From: Candidatus Omnitrophota bacterium
Lineage (GTDB): Bacteria; Omnitrophota; Gorgyraeia; JABMRN01; RBG-13-46-9
NCBI GenBank assembly: GCA_016782445.1
Contig: JADHYM010000002.1
Coordinates: 583 to 64,582 of the forward strand
DNA length: 64,000 nt
Direction: 5' to 3'
Shown here: positions 61,700 to 64,000 of the stretch, one piece after another
How positions within the stretch are numbered: the stretch's first letter is position 1
Layout: each line of letters starts with the position of its first letter
Made by a program: the position numbers and the translations under genes
Notes under the pieces: model-generated
Told to the model about the DNA's origin: nothing
The model's input: the letters and a program-made list of their open reading frames with translations, nothing else
Database searches by the model: none

Positions 61700-64000
61700 A
61701 TGCCGGAATTAAAAAAGAAAGCAATTTTTGTTTTTTGCTTTTTTTTTGTAACGATTCTTCTTGCCTGCCTTCCGGAAGCTCATAGCCAGGCAGAGAAAAC
61801 GGGGAAAGTCTCTGATGTACGCGTGAGGGGCAATAGCTCGATAAGCTCATCAACCATACTCTCCAAGATCAGAACCCAGCCAGGTGAAGTATATTCCCAG
61901 GAAGTCGCCAACGACGATATTAAGCGTCTCTATGCGCTCGGCTATTTTACCGACGTCGTAATCGACATACAAGATTCTCCTGAAGGCGTTATTGTTACCA
62001 TAATTGTGGAGGAAAAACCGCTTGTCACGAGCATCGTTTTTGAAGGCAACAGGGAGCTTAAAGAGAACCGCCTTAAAAAGACGATGCAGACAAAAGTTGG
62101 CGACATGCTTAATTACTCGACGCTTGCCGAAGACGTAGCGAGCCTCAAGTCGCTTTACGAAAAAAACGGTTTCACAGATACCGCCATAACGTATACCATC
62201 GAGAAGGAGCCCGAGCATAACCAGGCTGTTGTGCACATAAAGGTCAAGGAATCCCAGCGTATGAGAATAAAGAAGGTGATTATAGAGGGCAACAAGTCCG
62301 TCAAGCAAAAGGAAATACGCGACGTCATGAAGACCCGGACCGCATGGTTTTTCAACAGGGGATATTTCGACGAGCTTATGTTCCAGGACGACCTCGCCAG
62401 GATCAAGGCGATTTATCAAGACAAGGGCTTTCTAGACGTCAAGATCGAGCCCGGCTTCGAGCACGACGAGACGCAGAGCTTTATTTTTATAACGCTCAAA
62501 ATAAACGAGGGCAGGCAGTACCACATAGAAAATATAAAATTCGATGGAAACCTTATTTTTCCCGAAGAAGACATACGTAAAAAGCTTACGATAAAAACGG
62601 GCGAGCCGTTCAGCTTTACACAACTAAGGGAGTCCATGGAGAGCATACGAAGCCTTTATTACCAGTCGGGGTACATGAATGCCGACGTTATAGTTGACAG
62701 AATGATTGACCCCCAGACGAGCAACCTCAATATACTTTTTACCATAAACGCCAAAAACATCGTAACTATAGGCAAAATAGACATCAAAGGCAATACGAAG
62801 ACAAAGGATATCATAATACGCCGGGAATTGAGAGCCTTTCCTGGCGAGCCGTTTGACGGCGAGAGCTTAAGACGCAGTAAGGAGCGTCTTTATAATCTGG
62901 GATTTTTTGAGGATATCTATTTTGAAACAAAACCCACCGCAGACCCCAACATTGACGACCTAGAGATAATCGTTAAAGAAACAAAGACAGGCGAGTTCTC
63001 CTTCGGCGGTGGCTATAGCTCAATTGACCAGTTTATAGGATTTTGCCAGGTCACACAGAAAAATTTTGACCTCTTGAATTTTCCCTACTTCACCGGGGAT
63101 GGGCAGCATCTGGCTTTGAGAGCCGAGCTTGGCATGACAAAGAACAATTTTGATATTAGCTGGACAGAGCCCTGGATACTGGATTATCCGCTTTCTTTTG
63201 GATTCGACGGCTACTATAAGACACAGTACAGAGAAACACATGTGGGCTTTGGCTATGAAGAACAGCGCCTGGGCGGAGATGTGCGTTTCGGCAAGGAATT
63301 TCTGGAATACGCCCAGGCGAACCTCATGTACCGCGCGGAAAGGATAAAAATAAGCGACGTTCCCGAAGAGGCCTCGCAGGATTTCAAAGATGAGGAGGGT
63401 ACGAACTGGATAAGCAGCCTTATTTTGGGGCTCCGGTATGACAGGAGAGACAATATTTACAGCCCGACAAAAGGGTTTATCGTGGGAACGTCCATTGAGA
63501 ACACGGGCGGTTTTCTCTTTGGAGACAAGAACTTTTATAAAGGATACTTCTACGCGAACTGGTATTTTAGCATAATCAAGAAGGTCGTTCTCGAAGTGAA
63601 AGGAAACGCAGGCCTAGCTAATGCTTACGGGAAAACGAAAAAAGTTCCGATATACGAACGTTTTTACGCTGGCGGCGCGAACACGATACGCGGCTATCGC
63701 GAAAGAAAAGTGGGCCCGAGGGATCCCCTCTCAAACGACCCGATAGGCGGCGAATCGATGATGCTCGGCACTGCCGAGGTCACGTTCCCTGTGTATGAAA
63801 AGCTTATAAAAGGAGCTATCTTTTTTGATACGGGTAACGTCTGGGAAGAGTTCGGGCAGTTCTTCAAAGGAGGGTTTAAATCCGGCGCGGGGCTGGGTGT
63901 CAGGGTAAAAACGCCCATAGGCCCTTTAAAGCTTGACTGGGGTTATCCTCTCGCAGACAATCAAGACGATAAAAAGGAAGGACAGTTTTATTTTTCAGTT
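61700..64000 (+). CDS. bamA: Outer-membrane protein assembly factor BamA, 3'-truncated by the window edge
   Basis: Not in the ORF track because no stop is reached. My translation from the ATG at 61700 gives a signal peptide and repeated POTRA units (V..V.V.GN..I....I......G..Y). The beta-barrel region contains ERFYAGGANTIRGY and GAGLGVRVKTPIGPLKLDWGYPL. The frame is open for 767 codons to base 64000. Confidence 0.9.
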   Translation, partial: MPELKKKAIFVFCFFFVTILLACLPEAHSQAEKTGKVSDVRVRGNSSISSSTILSKIRTQPGEVYSQEVANDDIKRLYALGYFTDVVIDIQDSPEGVIVTIIVEEKPLVTSIVFEGNRELKENRLKKTMQTKVGDMLNYSTLAEDVASLKSLYEKNGFTDTAITYTIEKEPEHNQAVVHIKVKESQRMRIKKVIIEGNKSVKQKEIRDVMKTRTAWFFNRGYFDELMFQDDLARIKAIYQDKGFLDVKIEPGFEHDETQSFIFITLKINEGRQYHIENIKFDGNLIFPEEDIRKKLTIKTGEPFSFTQLRESMESIRSLYYQSGYMNADVIVDRMIDPQTSNLNILFTINAKNIVTIGKIDIKGNTKTKDIIIRRELRAFPGEPFDGESLRRSKERLYNLGFFEDIYFETKPTADPNIDDLEIIVKETKTGEFSFGGGYSSIDQFIGFCQVTQKNFDLLNFPYFTGDGQHLALRAELGMTKNNFDISWTEPWILDYPLSFGFDGYYKTQYRETHVGFGYEEQRLGGDVRFGKEFLEYAQANLMYRAERIKISDVPEEASQDFKDEEGTNWISSLILGLRYDRRDNIYSPTKGFIVGTSIENTGGFLFGDKNFYKGYFYANWYFSIIKKVVLEVKGNAGLANAYGKTKKVPIYERFYAGGANTIRGYRERKVGPRDPLSNDPIGGESMMLGTAEVTFPVYEKLIKGAIFFDTGNVWEEFGQFFKGGFKSGAGLGVRVKTPIGPLKLDWGYPLADNQDDKKEGQFYFSV

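Overview
This 64-kb window looks like a bacterial chromosome segment with moderate GC, strong AGGAGG-type ribosome-binding sites and mostly + strand genes. It may come from an uncultivated lineage, but that is inference only. Most of it is housekeeping. It holds a 5'-truncated tyrosine integrase; a surface-polysaccharide group (methyltransferase, asnB, GT4); and an rnfCDGEAB operon followed by trxA. Next come a carbamoyltransferase/SxtJ-like/DUF5989-like trio; purN, eno and ftsB; and purB-purC-purM-purD-purE. These are followed by a Bacillus ywl-like block (tsaC, LMW phosphatase, rpiB, glyA), a dCMP deaminase and nrdR. The remainder holds a PpiD-like chaperone (the only long minus-strand gene), hisG, a split transketolase, ispE, spoVG, glmU-prs-rplY-pth, rpsF-ssb-rpsR-rplI-dnaB and a 3'-truncated bamA. 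I found four tRNAs: Phe-GAA, Thr-CGU, Met-CAU and Gln-UUG.

The main unexplained content is a tandem pair of giant genes of 1398 and 2838 aa (19637-32359). They share an unusual N-terminal anchor motif and a roughly 237-aa C-terminal domain that I cannot assign to any family. Their middle parts are different mosaics:
- ORF2 carries a B12-binding radical-SAM module, multi-pass membrane blocks, and NagB-like, PAS and degenerate GGDEF modules.
- ORF1 carries a degenerate metallophosphatase-like module.

The second notable system is a hairpin-containing inverted-repeat element joined directly to tRNA 3' ends. It has four copies with compensatory stem changes, and one copy carries a GIY-YIG nuclease gene. 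The window also contains a GC-rich palindromic repeat family, many short-word hairpins in intergenic regions, and a palindromic element inserted in frame in purD.

All calls come from reading the sequence and ORF track by eye. No searches were run.
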